DNA from: Candidatus Omnitrophota bacterium
Lineage (GTDB): Bacteria; Omnitrophota; Gorgyraeia; Gygaellales; Profunditerraquicolaceae
DNA length: 64,000 nucleotides
Direction of reading: 5' to 3'
NCBI GenBank assembly: GCA_026387335.1
Contig: JAPLLX010000002.1
Span: 77,326 to 141,325, forward strand
A program made the position numbers and the translations under genes. Below the pieces are notes generated by a model, which saw nothing but the letters and a program-made list of their open reading frames with translations, had not been told where the DNA came from and ran no database searches. Of this stretch, positions 19,310 to 28,377 are shown piece by piece (positions within the stretch are counted from its first letter, which is position 1; each line of letters begins with the position of its first letter).

Positions 19310-20717
19310 ACTGGCCAACAAAAAAACCAAGATCAATAACAGTCCCGCTCTTTCAGATGACCTTTTAGCCCTGGAAGCGAAATATTGTTCCTGGGGCGAT
19401 ACAGTCCATTACGCGGATAAGCTAAATATATTCAAGTCCGCCGAAGGAAGTTTTTTGTATGATAACAACGGAGTCGAGTACCTGGATCTGCAGATGTGGT
19501 ATTCAGCGGTTAATTTTGGCTACAAGAATAAGCGCCTGAACGCGGTCTTAAAAAAACAGATTGATACCCTGCCTCAGCTGGCCTGCCAGTATTTACACGA
19601 AGAGAAGATACGGCTAGCCGCGAAAATCGCGCGGAAAAACGAAATGGCTTTTGAAGAAAAAGGCAGAGTCCATTTTAATGTCGGAGGCTCTTCCGCTCTG
19701 GAGGATGCGCTCAAGTTGATCCGGAATCATTCCGGCCGCAGCCTGGTTTTCGCTTTCATGGGCGGTTACCACGGCCGGACATTGGCTGCCTCGGCAGTTA
19801 CCTCAAGCTTTCGCTACAGGGAGCGCTTCGGACATTTTGGTGACCGGGCGCAGTTTATCCCGTTTCCTTACTGTTTTCGCTGCCCTTATGACAAAAAGAA
19901 GGATTTTTGCGACCTTTATTGCCTGAAACAATTTGAAAGACTCTTTGAAACAGAGTACCATTCCGTAGTCAATAAAAAAACGAATAAATGTGAATTCTCC
20001 GCTTTTATTGTGGAAGCAGTCCAGGGAACAGGCGGTTATGTCATTCCGCCTCAGGAGTATTTTTCAGGCTTAAAAGAGATCCTGGACAGATACGGTATAC
20101 TCTTTGTTGATGATGAAATACAGATGGGTTTCTTTAGGACCGGAAAACTCTGGGCCATAGAGCATTTTAACGTCACTCCGGATATAATTGTCTTTGGCAA
20201 GGCCTTGACTAACGGTTTAAACCCGATTTCGGGCGTCTGGGCGAAAGAAAAACTGATCTCTCCCGATGTTTTTCCTCCGGGATCCACCCATTCGACATTC
20301 TCCTCCAACCCCTTAGGCACCGCGGCAGGGTTAGAGGTAATGAAATTAATTGAAGAATCAAATTTTGCCGTGGATATCCCTAAGAAAGGGCAATATTTCA
20401 TCAATCATTTTAAGAAGCTGCAAAAGAAATACCCGCAGATAGGCGACGTAGATGGTTTAGGCCTGGCTATACGCGTGGAGATGTGTGAAAAAGACGGTTA
20501 TACGCCCAGCAAGGAATTAGCCGACAGAATAGTGAATTTAGGCTTAAGCGGAAACCTGGGAGCGGGTAGTAAAAAACGCGGGCTGATATTAGATATCGGA
20601 GGATATTACAAAAACGTCTTTACCATGGCGCCTTCTTTTTATATCACCGAAAAAGAGATAGACCTGGCAGTCGAGCTTTTTGAAGAAGCGCTCTCTAAGG
20701 CCCTCAAGAAAGCTTAA
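19299..20717 (+). CDS. class III PLP-dependent aminotransferase
   Basis: 472 aa with DDEIQMGFFRTGKLWA and the PLP lysine context VFGKALTNG. Confidence 0.75.
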   Translation: MNNKLANKKTKINNSPALSDDLLALEAKYCSWGDTVHYADKLNIFKSAEGSFLYDNNGVEYLDLQMWYSAVNFGYKNKRLNAVLKKQIDTLPQLACQYLHEEKIRLAAKIARKNEMAFEEKGRVHFNVGGSSALEDALKLIRNHSGRSLVFAFMGGYHGRTLAASAVTSSFRYRERFGHFGDRAQFIPFPYCFRCPYDKKKDFCDLYCLKQFERLFETEYHSVVNKKTNKCEFSAFIVEAVQGTGGYVIPPQEYFSGLKEILDRYGILFVDDEIQMGFFRTGKLWAIEHFNVTPDIIVFGKALTNGLNPISGVWAKEKLISPDVFPPGSTHSTFSSNPLGTAAGLEVMKLIEESNFAVDIPKKGQYFINHFKKLQKKYPQIGDVDGLGLAIRVEMCEKDGYTPSKELADRIVNLGLSGNLGAGSKKRGLILDIGGYYKNVFTMAPSFYITEKEIDLAVELFEEALSKALKKA

Positions 20718-20740
20718 AGAAAATTCAATCCTCGCCTTGT

Positions 20741-21670
20741 ATGCTTAGTCAAGATATCCGCGTACTGGATTTTGATGGCAGCGTTAGAAAGCAGCAGGGC
20801 CTTCTGCATAAATATCCGCATCAAATTGTATCCCTGGGAGATTTAGCCCCGCGTTCCCGGCTTTGGATGGATAAGCGCGTAAGACTTGGTATTAGCGAAC
20901 GCCTGGATAAAACTAGACGTAATTGCGTTACTTTCCTGGGTTCGGGAGATTTTCATAACATTACACCGCTACTCCTGGAAAAATTTGAGGAACCGATTTC
21001 ACTTATTGTTTTTGATTTTCATCCTGACTGGGATACGCTCCCGCCGCGTTTTGGCTGTGGCTCCTGGGTAAGTGATGCTTTAAGAAGAAAGAATATTGTA
21101 AAATGCCTGCTTATCGGTATCGCCTCCGATGATATTTCTTTTCCCTGGATACAAAGCGGAAATTTAGGCAGCCTTAATAATGACCGGCTGGAAATCTATC
21201 CCTACGCGCATGAGCCCTCAACGGTATTTTTGCGAAAGGTTCCGGAGAATATTTCTTTAAGGAAAAAAGTTGGTTTCTTAAAAACCCGGCTCTACTGGGA
21301 GGAGCTAAGAAGTAAGAACTTAATGGATTTTTTTAGCCCGCTCTTTAGCCGCCTGCCGGTAAAAGATGTATATGTTTCCATAGATAAGGATTGCCTGGAG
21401 AGTAGAAGCGCTCTGACTAATTGGGAAGAAGGCAGGTTAACCCTAGCGCAGCTTCTTCTAATACTTGAACTAATAAAGAAAAACCTCAATATTGTGGGTG
21501 TGGATATTACGGGAGATTATTCCAGGATTTCTATTTCCGGAAGGCTAAAAAGCATCTTTTCTCGGTTAGACCATCCTAAGGCAGTCCAAGCGGATAAGTT
21601 ATCGGAAGAAGCAGTAACCCGCGTAAATGAAGAGACCAATCTCAAGATACTCAAAACCCTTATAGCGTAA
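20741..21670 (+). CDS. arginase-fold (ureohydrolase-like) protein with divergent metal motifs
   Basis: Motif echoes are GSGDFHN (vs GGDHS), FDFHPDWD (vs DAHxD) and SIDKDCL (vs SxDxD). Confidence 0.4.
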   Translation: MLSQDIRVLDFDGSVRKQQGLLHKYPHQIVSLGDLAPRSRLWMDKRVRLGISERLDKTRRNCVTFLGSGDFHNITPLLLEKFEEPISLIVFDFHPDWDTLPPRFGCGSWVSDALRRKNIVKCLLIGIASDDISFPWIQSGNLGSLNNDRLEIYPYAHEPSTVFLRKVPENISLRKKVGFLKTRLYWEELRSKNLMDFFSPLFSRLPVKDVYVSIDKDCLESRSALTNWEEGRLTLAQLLLILELIKKNLNIVGVDITGDYSRISISGRLKSIFSRLDHPKAVQADKLSEEAVTRVNEETNLKILKTLIA

Positions 21671-21673
21671 GTC

Positions 21674-22534
21674 TTATTTATACTTTGCAAAGAAAGATAT
21701 AGTCTGATCAGCGACTTTATCCCTCTCTTGGTCGGCGATAATAATATGGTAAGAATCCTCAAAGAGCACGACGTTTTTATCTTTAGCGGCAATATGATTA
21801 TATATATAGTAGGAATTCTTCGGGCTGGTTACGTCATCGTCCTTTGCTTGTAATAGCTGTATCGGGGTAGTTACTTTATCTAATAAGCGCATAACGTGTT
21901 TGGTTAACAGGGAGTTTTGCTCCATACTGGAGACAGGTATGACCGGATAACCATAGAGATGGACCTTGCTGTAATCAAATAAGTCCGATTCTTTGTAGAA
22001 ACTTTCGATCCTCGACCTTAACCTTTCGTTCTTCACTCCATAAGGATATCCCTCTTTAAGATAAAAATAGTATTTAAGAGGCGTCCTGTAAATAAGAGGC
22101 AGCAGGATCCTTAGCTTGGGCGTGGCCCAACCGTCAAAAAAGAGAGTAGGCGAAAAACAGTTAATCGCTTTTATTTTATTAGGGAATTCATAGGCCAGGA
22201 GTATCCCTAAAAGCGCCCCGAATGATAACCCGGCTACAAATATATTATCATAGGATGATTCATATTTCAGGAATTCCCGTTTTATCCCGCTGTATAACTC
22301 CTGCCAGGTTTTTCTTTTTAATACCGATATAGATTGGTTATGCCCGTCCAGCATGGGCGCTGCTACTGAAAACCCTTCTTTATTCAGGCGCGCTCCTATG
22401 GAGCTCATTTCTTTAGCGGTCCCAGTAAGCCCATGGATAAGAAAGCAAAGGTTTTTCCCTCCTTCTAAGAAAAAGCTTGAGTCCGGTATATCATTTATCT
22501 GGCGGCGGTCTTCGGCAAGAGAGAAGATGATCAT
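21674..22534 (-). CDS. alpha/beta-fold hydrolase (esterase/lipase)
   Basis: 286 aa with oxyanion HG (IHGLTG) and nucleophile elbow GLSFG. Confidence 0.6.
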   Translation of the reverse strand: MIIFSLAEDRRQINDIPDSSFFLEGGKNLCFLIHGLTGTAKEMSSIGARLNKEGFSVAAPMLDGHNQSISVLKRKTWQELYSGIKREFLKYESSYDNIFVAGLSFGALLGILLAYEFPNKIKAINCFSPTLFFDGWATPKLRILLPLIYRTPLKYYFYLKEGYPYGVKNERLRSRIESFYKESDLFDYSKVHLYGYPVIPVSSMEQNSLLTKHVMRLLDKVTTPIQLLQAKDDDVTSPKNSYYIYNHIAAKDKNVVLFEDSYHIIIADQERDKVADQTISFFAKYK

Positions 22535-23752
22535 TTATATTTTCTTTATCCTTTCAATCAGGGAGCAGATATCTTTTTGGGTTAAGAAACGGCTGGTAGT
22601 CAAGGTAATATGGTTTTTGGCGATTGCCCTGGCGTTGGGATAAACTGCGTCACCCACCATATCTTTTAGGTAAGCGTAATCGGTGATAGCCGCAAGGTAG
22701 ATTAACGCTACGCCTAATCCGGAGTTATGTAAAATATTGAATACCTTATCGCGTTGCGCTGTTTCGTCAAAGAGCAGGGTAAGGTAAGGGTAATTGGCAG
22801 TAGAGCCGTTAGGTTCGGTAATCAATTTTATCCCCTGGAGGCCTTTTAAGCCTTCTATATAATCTGCCGTGGTTTTTCTCTGGTTGGTTATTTCGTTTTC
22901 CAGGCGATCAAACATCGCGTGAGCCACCGATTTTCTCATCTTGGATACTTTATGGAGCGGGAAATCAACGCTAAAATATTCAATAAACGCCTTTTCCATC
23001 TTGCCCTGCAGCTGCCAGAAAAGCTGCGGAAGCCTGAAGACGAACCAGAAGAGGAAGGGCCTGTAAAAAATCCAATAGCCGAATAATTCCAGGACTTTTA
23101 AGCATTCAGAGAAGAGGTCGGTTTTAGCTAGACGATTCAATTCGCTGTCAATGAGCGCGGCGAATTTAAGGCTGCTTACAATTACTCCTCCTTCGTAGGT
23201 AGTCAGGCCTTTACCCCGGCAGAGGCTAAAGAAGGCGAAATCTCCCAGTGTCCCGGTTTTTTTATTTTGATATACCGCGCCTAAGCTTTGCGCGCAATCT
23301 TCAACGATAAATATTTTATTTTCTTTTACTATATCTTGTATTACTTGAAAATCCGCCGCTATGCCGGCTAAATGCACGGCTACAATTGCCAGTATGTCGT
23401 TATTATTTGCGCATAATTTTTTTAACTGGTTGACTTCAAAATTGAAGTCAACTTTATTAATGTCGCAGACCGCCACCTTTAATCCCGCCCTCTTGATGGC
23501 TAATGGAATAAGTGGGCAGATAAAAGCAGGGATAATAACGGTTTTTCTTGGGGAGAGCTTTTTTAACGCTTCTAGTATGATATAAAAAGCAGCTGTCCCC
23601 GAATAAGTTATAGCCGCGTAAGAGGCGCCCAGATACTTTTTAAAATCTTCTTCTAAAGAAGCGGATGGGTTTCTTTTAGAGAAGGCGCAAAAGATATCCC
23701 TGGCGTAAAGAGGCAGGCCGGCTGTGGGTGGTATTTCTCGGAATAAGCTCAT
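22535..23752 (-). CDS. DegT/DnrJ/EryC1-family sugar aminotransferase (ArnB-like)
   Basis: 405 aa with the PLP-lysine region FFSLCRGKGLTTYEGG. Directly abuts the downstream hydrolase gene. Confidence 0.8.
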   Translation of the reverse strand: MSLFREIPPTAGLPLYARDIFCAFSKRNPSASLEEDFKKYLGASYAAITYSGTAAFYIILEALKKLSPRKTVIIPAFICPLIPLAIKRAGLKVAVCDINKVDFNFEVNQLKKLCANNNDILAIVAVHLAGIAADFQVIQDIVKENKIFIVEDCAQSLGAVYQNKKTGTLGDFAFFSLCRGKGLTTYEGGVIVSSLKFAALIDSELNRLAKTDLFSECLKVLELFGYWIFYRPFLFWFVFRLPQLFWQLQGKMEKAFIEYFSVDFPLHKVSKMRKSVAHAMFDRLENEITNQRKTTADYIEGLKGLQGIKLITEPNGSTANYPYLTLLFDETAQRDKVFNILHNSGLGVALIYLAAITDYAYLKDMVGDAVYPNARAIAKNHITLTTSRFLTQKDICSLIERIKKI

Positions 23753-23823
23753 TTTAGCATTAGTATTTCACCTATTCTATGCTAAAATACTTCATAATTC
23801 AAGCTACTTATTGTAAGCCGCTT

Positions 23824-24945
23824 ATGGAAAACCTAACTTGCCAAATTCTGGATTCAGTCGCCAAAATCCGCAAAAATGACTGGGATAGGGTTTTTGGAGA
23901 TATCCCCGAGGGGTATGAATTTTATAGGACGATTGAGGAGTCCGGGCTCAAAGAATTTACCTTCTTTTATCTTATTCTCTATAATAACCAGTGCTTAGTT
24001 TTAATTGCCCCCATTTTTATCGCGGATTTTAACCTGGATATTGCTGTTGAGGGATGGCTCAAAAATGTTATTGCGTCTGTGCGTAAGATTATCCCCCGTT
24101 TTTTAATGATGCGGACCATCTTTTGCGGTTCGGTGTTCGGAGAGCATGGCGTTATCGGTATAGATAAAGGCGCGCAGGAAAATCCGGCTATCCCGCGAGA
24201 ATTGTTAAAAGGCCTGGAAGACTTCCGTAAACAAAAAAAAGCCAGCCTGGTGATGTTTAAAGACTTTCTTAAAAACTCGCCGGGGTTTTTAGATTCATTT
24301 AAGCAAAAAGGCTTCTTTCGGGTCAATAGTTTCCCTTGCGCAGCCAGTGAAGTTAATTTCCCTGATTTCCAGGGGTATTTACAGAGCTTGGGGCATTCTA
24401 CCCGAAAGAACCTGCGCCGTAAGCTCAAAGAAGCCTATAAAGAGTCCAAGATAAGCGTAGAAGTAGCGGATAATGTTGCTAATATCATAGACGAGATTTA
24501 CGGGCTTTACCTGCAGGCGCATCGCGACGGCGCGACAAAATTCGAGAAACTTACCAAAGTGTTCTTTTTAAAGGTATCCGAACACATGGCTCCTTATGTA
24601 AAATACTTCTTATATTATGTTAACGGCAAGTTAGGCGCGTTTAATCTCTGTTTTGTGCAAAAAAATTTATTCATTGATAAATTCATTGGTTTCGATTATG
24701 ATATATCTAGAAGGCACCATTTATATTTTGTCAGCTGGTGTTATAATGTGGAATGGTGCATTAAGCATTCCATACCTTTTTATCATACCGGCCAGACGGA
24801 TTACGAAGCTAAGGTAAGGTTGGGATCAAAACTTATACCGCTTTATGCTTACCTGAGGCATAAAAACAAAGCCGCAAATTTATTTTTTAAAGCCTTAAGC
24901 TTAGTTTTAAAGCCCGATAATTTTGATAGAGAGATCAAAACATGA
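23824..24945 (+). CDS. FemAB-like/GNAT-fold acyltransferase (PF04339-like) candidate
   Basis: The tracked ORF starts at 23779. The internal ATG 23824 (MENLTCQILDSVAKIRKNDWDRVF) gives the family-typical N-terminus and leaves a 71-nt divergent promoter region. Confidence 0.45.
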   Translation: MENLTCQILDSVAKIRKNDWDRVFGDIPEGYEFYRTIEESGLKEFTFFYLILYNNQCLVLIAPIFIADFNLDIAVEGWLKNVIASVRKIIPRFLMMRTIFCGSVFGEHGVIGIDKGAQENPAIPRELLKGLEDFRKQKKASLVMFKDFLKNSPGFLDSFKQKGFFRVNSFPCAASEVNFPDFQGYLQSLGHSTRKNLRRKLKEAYKESKISVEVADNVANIIDEIYGLYLQAHRDGATKFEKLTKVFFLKVSEHMAPYVKYFLYYVNGKLGAFNLCFVQKNLFIDKFIGFDYDISRRHHLYFVSWCYNVEWCIKHSIPFYHTGQTDYEAKVRLGSKLIPLYAYLRHKNKAANLFFKALSLVLKPDNFDREIKT

Positions 24946-25367
24946 TAAAAGTATTTAAAAAAAAACTTACCCTTAAAATATTAGTTTTTCTTATTCTGAC
25001 CGACTTTTTGGAGACGTTCACCCACCTTTGCTTTAAGAAGAGCGCCCTTACCGAGAGCGATTTTGTTATAAATAAATTACCGGATGCGCTGATTTTCTTA
25101 CAGAGTGTTTTTTCATCCGGATTTTTATGGCTGGGCCTTTTTTCTGTAGTAGTAACATTTATTATCTGGTCAAGCCTGCTTTCTAAGATTGATTTAAGCG
25201 TTGCCGTACCGGTATGCAGTTTTAGCTATATCCTTATCCCGATAGCTTCTATTATCTTCCTGCAGGAAAAGGTAAGCCTTTTCAGGTGGTCAGGGGTATT
25301 ATTCATATTATTGGGGGTGGTTTTTGTTTCCCTGAGCGCCTCAGAGAAGGAGCATATCCTAGAATGA
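24942..25367 (+). CDS. small EamA/SMR-like 4-TM protein, ArnE-like flippase subunit candidate
   Basis: 141 aa with 4 TM segments. ATGA overlaps on both sides. Confidence 0.5.
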   Translation: MIKVFKKKLTLKILVFLILTDFLETFTHLCFKKSALTESDFVINKLPDALIFLQSVFSSGFLWLGLFSVVVTFIIWSSLLSKIDLSVAVPVCSFSYILIPIASIIFLQEKVSLFRWSGVLFILLGVVFVSLSASEKEHILE

Positions 25368-25750
25368 GAGAAGGACTAGGATTCATCTTATTTCTTATAG
25401 CCCTCACCAGCATCTGCGATACTATAAATCAACTTTTCTTAAAATCCGCGATTAACTCCCTTTTTTCGCCTTCAGGAAATATCCGGGAAATATTAAGGTT
25501 CATTTTCAAGCTGCTTCTGGTGCCCAGGGTCTGGGTCAGCTTCTTATTCAGTTTAATTTCGTTATGTATATGGCTATTTGTATTGAGCCAAGTGGATTTA
25601 AGTTTTGCCTTTTCCGCGGATAGTATGCATTATATTTTTATTGCTCTTGCCTCAAGGTTTATATTGAAGGAGAAGGTTTGTTTTAAGCGCTGGGTAGGAA
25701 TAATACTTATCGTGGTAGGTATTATGATGGTGAGCGTAAGCGTAAGCTAG
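25364..25750 (+). CDS. small EamA/SMR-like 4-TM protein, ArnF-like flippase subunit candidate
   Basis: ATG 25364 overlaps the upstream stop (ATGA) and is preferred over the tracked upstream start at 25286. 128 aa, 4 TM segments, paralogous in layout to the preceding gene. Confidence 0.5.
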   Translation: MREGLGFILFLIALTSICDTINQLFLKSAINSLFSPSGNIREILRFIFKLLLVPRVWVSFLFSLISLCIWLFVLSQVDLSFAFSADSMHYIFIALASRFILKEKVCFKRWVGIILIVVGIMMVSVSVS

Positions 25751-25838
25751 GCAAGAATACTCCTATATGCTTTAAGAAGTAAAATAAGCTTAAAGCCAAG
25801 AGGCGTGCCGAGTAGATTTTAGTAAAAAAGGAGGGAAG

Positions 25839-25937
25839 ATGATCTGGCTGTGGATAATTTTAGGTATTGTTGTCGTGGTTATTTTGTTTAGGAAATTTTG
25901 CGGTAAATGCGGGTGCGGCTGTTCCCCTAAGAAATAA
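25839..25937 (+). CDS. 32-aa TM micro-protein with Cys-rich tail (FeoB-associated Cys-rich membrane protein-like)
   Basis: Not in the ORF track. RBS AAAGGAGGGAAG precedes MIWLWIILGIVVVVILFRKFCGKCGCGCSPKK, and a terminator follows. Confidence 0.45.
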   Translation: MIWLWIILGIVVVVILFRKFCGKCGCGCSPKK

Positions 25938-25972
25938 ATCAGTCATAGACTAGGTCGCTATTTTAGAAATGG

Positions 25973-26003
25973 GGCCAGAGAAATAATTCTGGCCTCATTT
26001 TTT
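25973..26003 (+). terminator. intrinsic terminator
   Basis: GGCCAGA-gaaataat-TCTGGCC stem followed by TCATTTTTT. Confidence 0.55.
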
Positions 26004-26005
26004 AC

Positions 26006-26034
26006 TTGACAAATGATACAATTATGGTATCATT
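26006..26034 (+). promoter_or_regulatory. promoter of the Rrf2 gene with an overlapping inverted repeat (candidate autoregulatory operator)
   Basis: TTGACA at 26006-26011 and TGGTATCAT at 26025-26033. The inverted repeat AATGATAC-N7-GTATCATT (26012-26034) spans the spacer and -10 element. Confidence 0.55.
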
Positions 26035-26051
26035 TCTGAAGAAAGGAGAAG

Positions 26052-26450
26052 ATGAAATTAATCACCAGGAATACGGATTACGCATTAAGGGCGGTATGTT
26101 TTATGGCTAAACATAAGGGGAAGGTTGTTTCGGTCGCAGAATTGACCCGAAAATTACGGGTGCCCCGGCCGTTCTTAAGAAAGATACTCCAATCATTAAA
26201 CAGAAGCGGGATACTTAAGTCTCTTAGGGGACAGGGAGGCGGGTTCATCCTGGCGAAAGATGCGACGCAGATATTTCTAATGGATATAATGCGCATATTT
26301 CAGGGGAAATTGAGGCTAAACGATTGTCTGCTCAAAAAACTTATCTGTCCTAATAAAAGAAGCTGTCCTTTAAGAAAAAAGATCGCTAAAATTGAAAGTT
26401 ATGTGCTTAAAGAGTTAAGTGCTATTAATATAGCGTCATTATTGGAATAA
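26052..26450 (+). CDS. Rrf2-family transcriptional regulator
   Basis: 132 aa with MKLITRNTDYALRAVCFMA, a wHTH, and C-terminal cysteines (CLLKKLICPNKRSC) that could bind an Fe-S cluster. Confidence 0.85.
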   Translation: MKLITRNTDYALRAVCFMAKHKGKVVSVAELTRKLRVPRPFLRKILQSLNRSGILKSLRGQGGGFILAKDATQIFLMDIMRIFQGKLRLNDCLLKKLICPNKRSCPLRKKIAKIESYVLKELSAINIASLLE

Positions 26451-26577
26451 GAGAGAGAATATTGATGAATAAGTGTCCGGGGCAGGATGCGCAAAAGCAG
26501 TTGCCATATTGCTTAGTTTGTTGTATCTTAATATCACAGGTAAACAGGCTGCCGATAGGCAGCCAGGGAGGTGAAAT

Positions 26578-26637
26578 ATGAGTTGCGGATGCGGTTGTGG
26601 GACAAAGAAGAAAAAGAAAAAAGCCAAAAAGAAGTAG
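26578..26637 (+). CDS. 19-aa Cys/Lys micro-ORF (MSCGCGCGTKKKKKKAKKK)
   Basis: Not in the ORF track. Strong SD (CAGGGAGGTGAAAT), followed by a perfect 9-bp terminator. Shares the CGCGC motif with the 25839 micro-protein. Confidence 0.3.
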   Translation: MSCGCGCGTKKKKKKAKKK

Positions 26638-26647
26638 TTTTTTAGTC

Positions 26648-26685
26648 CGGGCGCCGTTTTAGCAAGCGGCGCCCGCTTATTTTCT
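26648..26685 (+). terminator. intrinsic terminator (or attenuator) upstream of the superoxide reductase gene
   Basis: CGGGCGCCG-N10-CGGCGCCCG is a perfect 9-bp GC stem followed by CTTATTTTCT. Confidence 0.65.
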
Positions 26686-26698
26686 AACGGAGGCAGCG

Positions 26699-27094
26699 AT
26701 GGCGGATTTAAAAGATTTATTGCAAAACGCAGATTGGAAAACCGAAAAACATGTTCCGGTTATTGAAGCCCCGGATAAGATCAACAAGGGCGAACCAGTA
26801 AAGGTTACTGTCAGTGTTGGCAAGCAGGTAGCCCATCCTAATACCACTGAACACCATATTAGATGGATCGAGGTCTATTTTCTGGGCCAGGGAGAAAAAT
26901 TTCCTTATCAGCTAGGCAGGTTTGAGTTCTCCAGCCACGGCGAATCAGCCCAGGGGCCCAACACCAGCACTATTTTTACTCAGCCGGAGGTTCTGCTTAC
27001 TTTTAAAACTGAGAAAAGCGGGACGATCCTGGCCGTTGCTTATTGTAATATCCATGGTTTGTGGAAAAACGCAAAAGAAATCCAGGTTGAATAA
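26699..27094 (+). CDS. sor: superoxide reductase, 1Fe neelaredoxin type
   Basis: 131 aa with EKHVPVIE, HPNTTEHHIRWIEVYF and CNIHGLW ligand motifs. No N-terminal desulforedoxin domain. Confidence 0.85.
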   Translation: MADLKDLLQNADWKTEKHVPVIEAPDKINKGEPVKVTVSVGKQVAHPNTTEHHIRWIEVYFLGQGEKFPYQLGRFEFSSHGESAQGPNTSTIFTQPEVLLTFKTEKSGTILAVAYCNIHGLWKNAKEIQVE

Positions 27095-27119
27095 TTTTAG
27101 CGGGATGAAACTTAAAAGC

Positions 27120-27148
27120 CTGTTCCTTAGGCAGGCAGGGAGGTAAGT
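27120..27148 (+). promoter_or_regulatory. conserved pre-SD element, copy B (CTGTTCCTTAGGCAGGCAGGGAGGTAAGT)
   Basis: Near-identical to 30041-30070 and related to 26556-26577 and 28355-28377. Lies immediately 5' of ATG 27149. Confidence 0.45.
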
Positions 27149-27442
27149 ATGTGTATGCTGGGTAAAATGGCCGGATATTTTGCTTTAGTACCTGCGACGA
27201 TGTTATTGGTAGTAAGCTTCTTTGTTTTGTTTACGCTCGGAAAGGTTGTTTCCCGTAATCTAAAGTTATTCGGAGCGGTGATTGTGGCCCTACTTTGGCT
27301 AAGCGCGCTGCTGATTTTTTCTACCGGAGCCTATACTACTGTTAAGGGTAGGCCGCCTTTTAAGTGCCCGATGATGGAGATGATGAAAGGTAAACAGGAT
27401 ATGATGCCTGGTGGTATGATGCAAGCCCCGCAACCCAAGTAA
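27149..27442 (+). CDS. membrane protein with Met-rich C-terminal tail
   Basis: 97 aa with 2 TM segments and tail [22 protein letters not shown]. Confidence 0.35.
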   Translation: MCMLGKMAGYFALVPATMLLVVSFFVLFTLGKVVSRNLKLFGAVIVALLWLSALLIFSTGAYTTVKGRPPFKCPMMEMMKGKQDMMPGGMMQAPQPK

Positions 27443-27455
27443 GGAGATATTCAAT

Positions 27456-27614
27456 ATGGATAAATACAAGTGCACTGTCTGCGGTTATATTTATGATCCT
27501 AGCCAAGGCGATTCTGTCGGGGGAATCCCCGCTGGTACGCCTTTTGATAAACTGCCCGCGGATTGGGTCTGTCCTGAGTGCGGAGTAGGCAAGGACATGT
27601 TTGAGAAGATTTAA
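27456..27614 (+). CDS. rub: rubredoxin
   Basis: Not in the ORF track (52 aa). [15 protein letters not shown]...[16 protein letters not shown] has both CxxCG knuckles. RBS AAGGAG. Confidence 0.9.
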   Translation: MDKYKCTVCGYIYDPSQGDSVGGIPAGTPFDKLPADWVCPECGVGKDMFEKI

Positions 27615-27642
27615 CCGGGCAAGCTTAGTTTTAGGTACTTAA

Positions 27643-28347
27643 ATGGCTCAGGAATTATCCGTAAGAGTTAAAGAAATAATTCCCAGGACCTATAATGTCA
27701 AAAGCGTTCGGCTGGATATAGGTCAGGAAGCAGAATTTAAGGCCGGGCAGTTTCTTGCGGTCACACTGCAGGATAATCCGGGCCTAAAAAGATACCTTTC
27801 CATATCCAGCTCGCCCACTGAAAAATCTTACCTGGAATTTACCAAGAAGCTTACGGAAAGCGCTTTTTCAAAAGTCCTCCTGAAACTTAAGCCCCAAGAT
27901 CCCGTTAAGATCCAATACCCTATGGGTAAATTTACTCTGGATGACGCCTATACAAATATCGCGTTTTTATCCGGGGGGATCGGCATTACCCCTATAAGGA
28001 GCATAGTTAAATATGTTGTGGACAAAAATTTGGGGACGGATATGGTTTTAATCTATGCCAACCGGTCAGTAAAAGATATCGTCTTTAAAGAAGATTTTGA
28101 CGCGCTGCAGAAAGTTTATCCAAAGCTAAAAGTCGTCCATGTGCTTGGCGAACCTGCCCCGGATTTTAAGTGTATTCCCGGATTAATCAACGTCCAGGTG
28201 ATTAAAAACGAGGTGAGCGATTATCTAAATAGAAGATTTTATCTGTGCGGCCCGCCCCAGATGGTGGAAGTCATGGGAAAAATACTGACTGACGGATTGA
28301 AATTAGCTAAAGAAAATATAATTACGGAAAATTTTCAGGGGTACTAG
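27643..28347 (+). CDS. ferredoxin-NAD(P)+ reductase-like FAD/NAD(P)-binding oxidoreductase
   Basis: 234 aa with FAD motif RYLSISS and NAD motif GGIGITP. Confidence 0.7.
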   Translation: MAQELSVRVKEIIPRTYNVKSVRLDIGQEAEFKAGQFLAVTLQDNPGLKRYLSISSSPTEKSYLEFTKKLTESAFSKVLLKLKPQDPVKIQYPMGKFTLDDAYTNIAFLSGGIGITPIRSIVKYVVDKNLGTDMVLIYANRSVKDIVFKEDFDALQKVYPKLKVVHVLGEPAPDFKCIPGLINVQVIKNEVSDYLNRRFYLCGPPQMVEVMGKILTDGLKLAKENIITENFQGY

Positions 28348-28377
28348 AAAAATAACAGGCAGGGAAGGAGAAACGAT

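Noticed and set aside
26465-26581. 38-codon ORF MNKCPGQDAQKQLPYCLVCCILISQVNRLPIGSQGGEI
   Set aside because: It has a weak RBS, and its 3' half simply reads through the conserved pre-SD RNA element. It is mentioned under the micro-ORF finding but not called as a gene.
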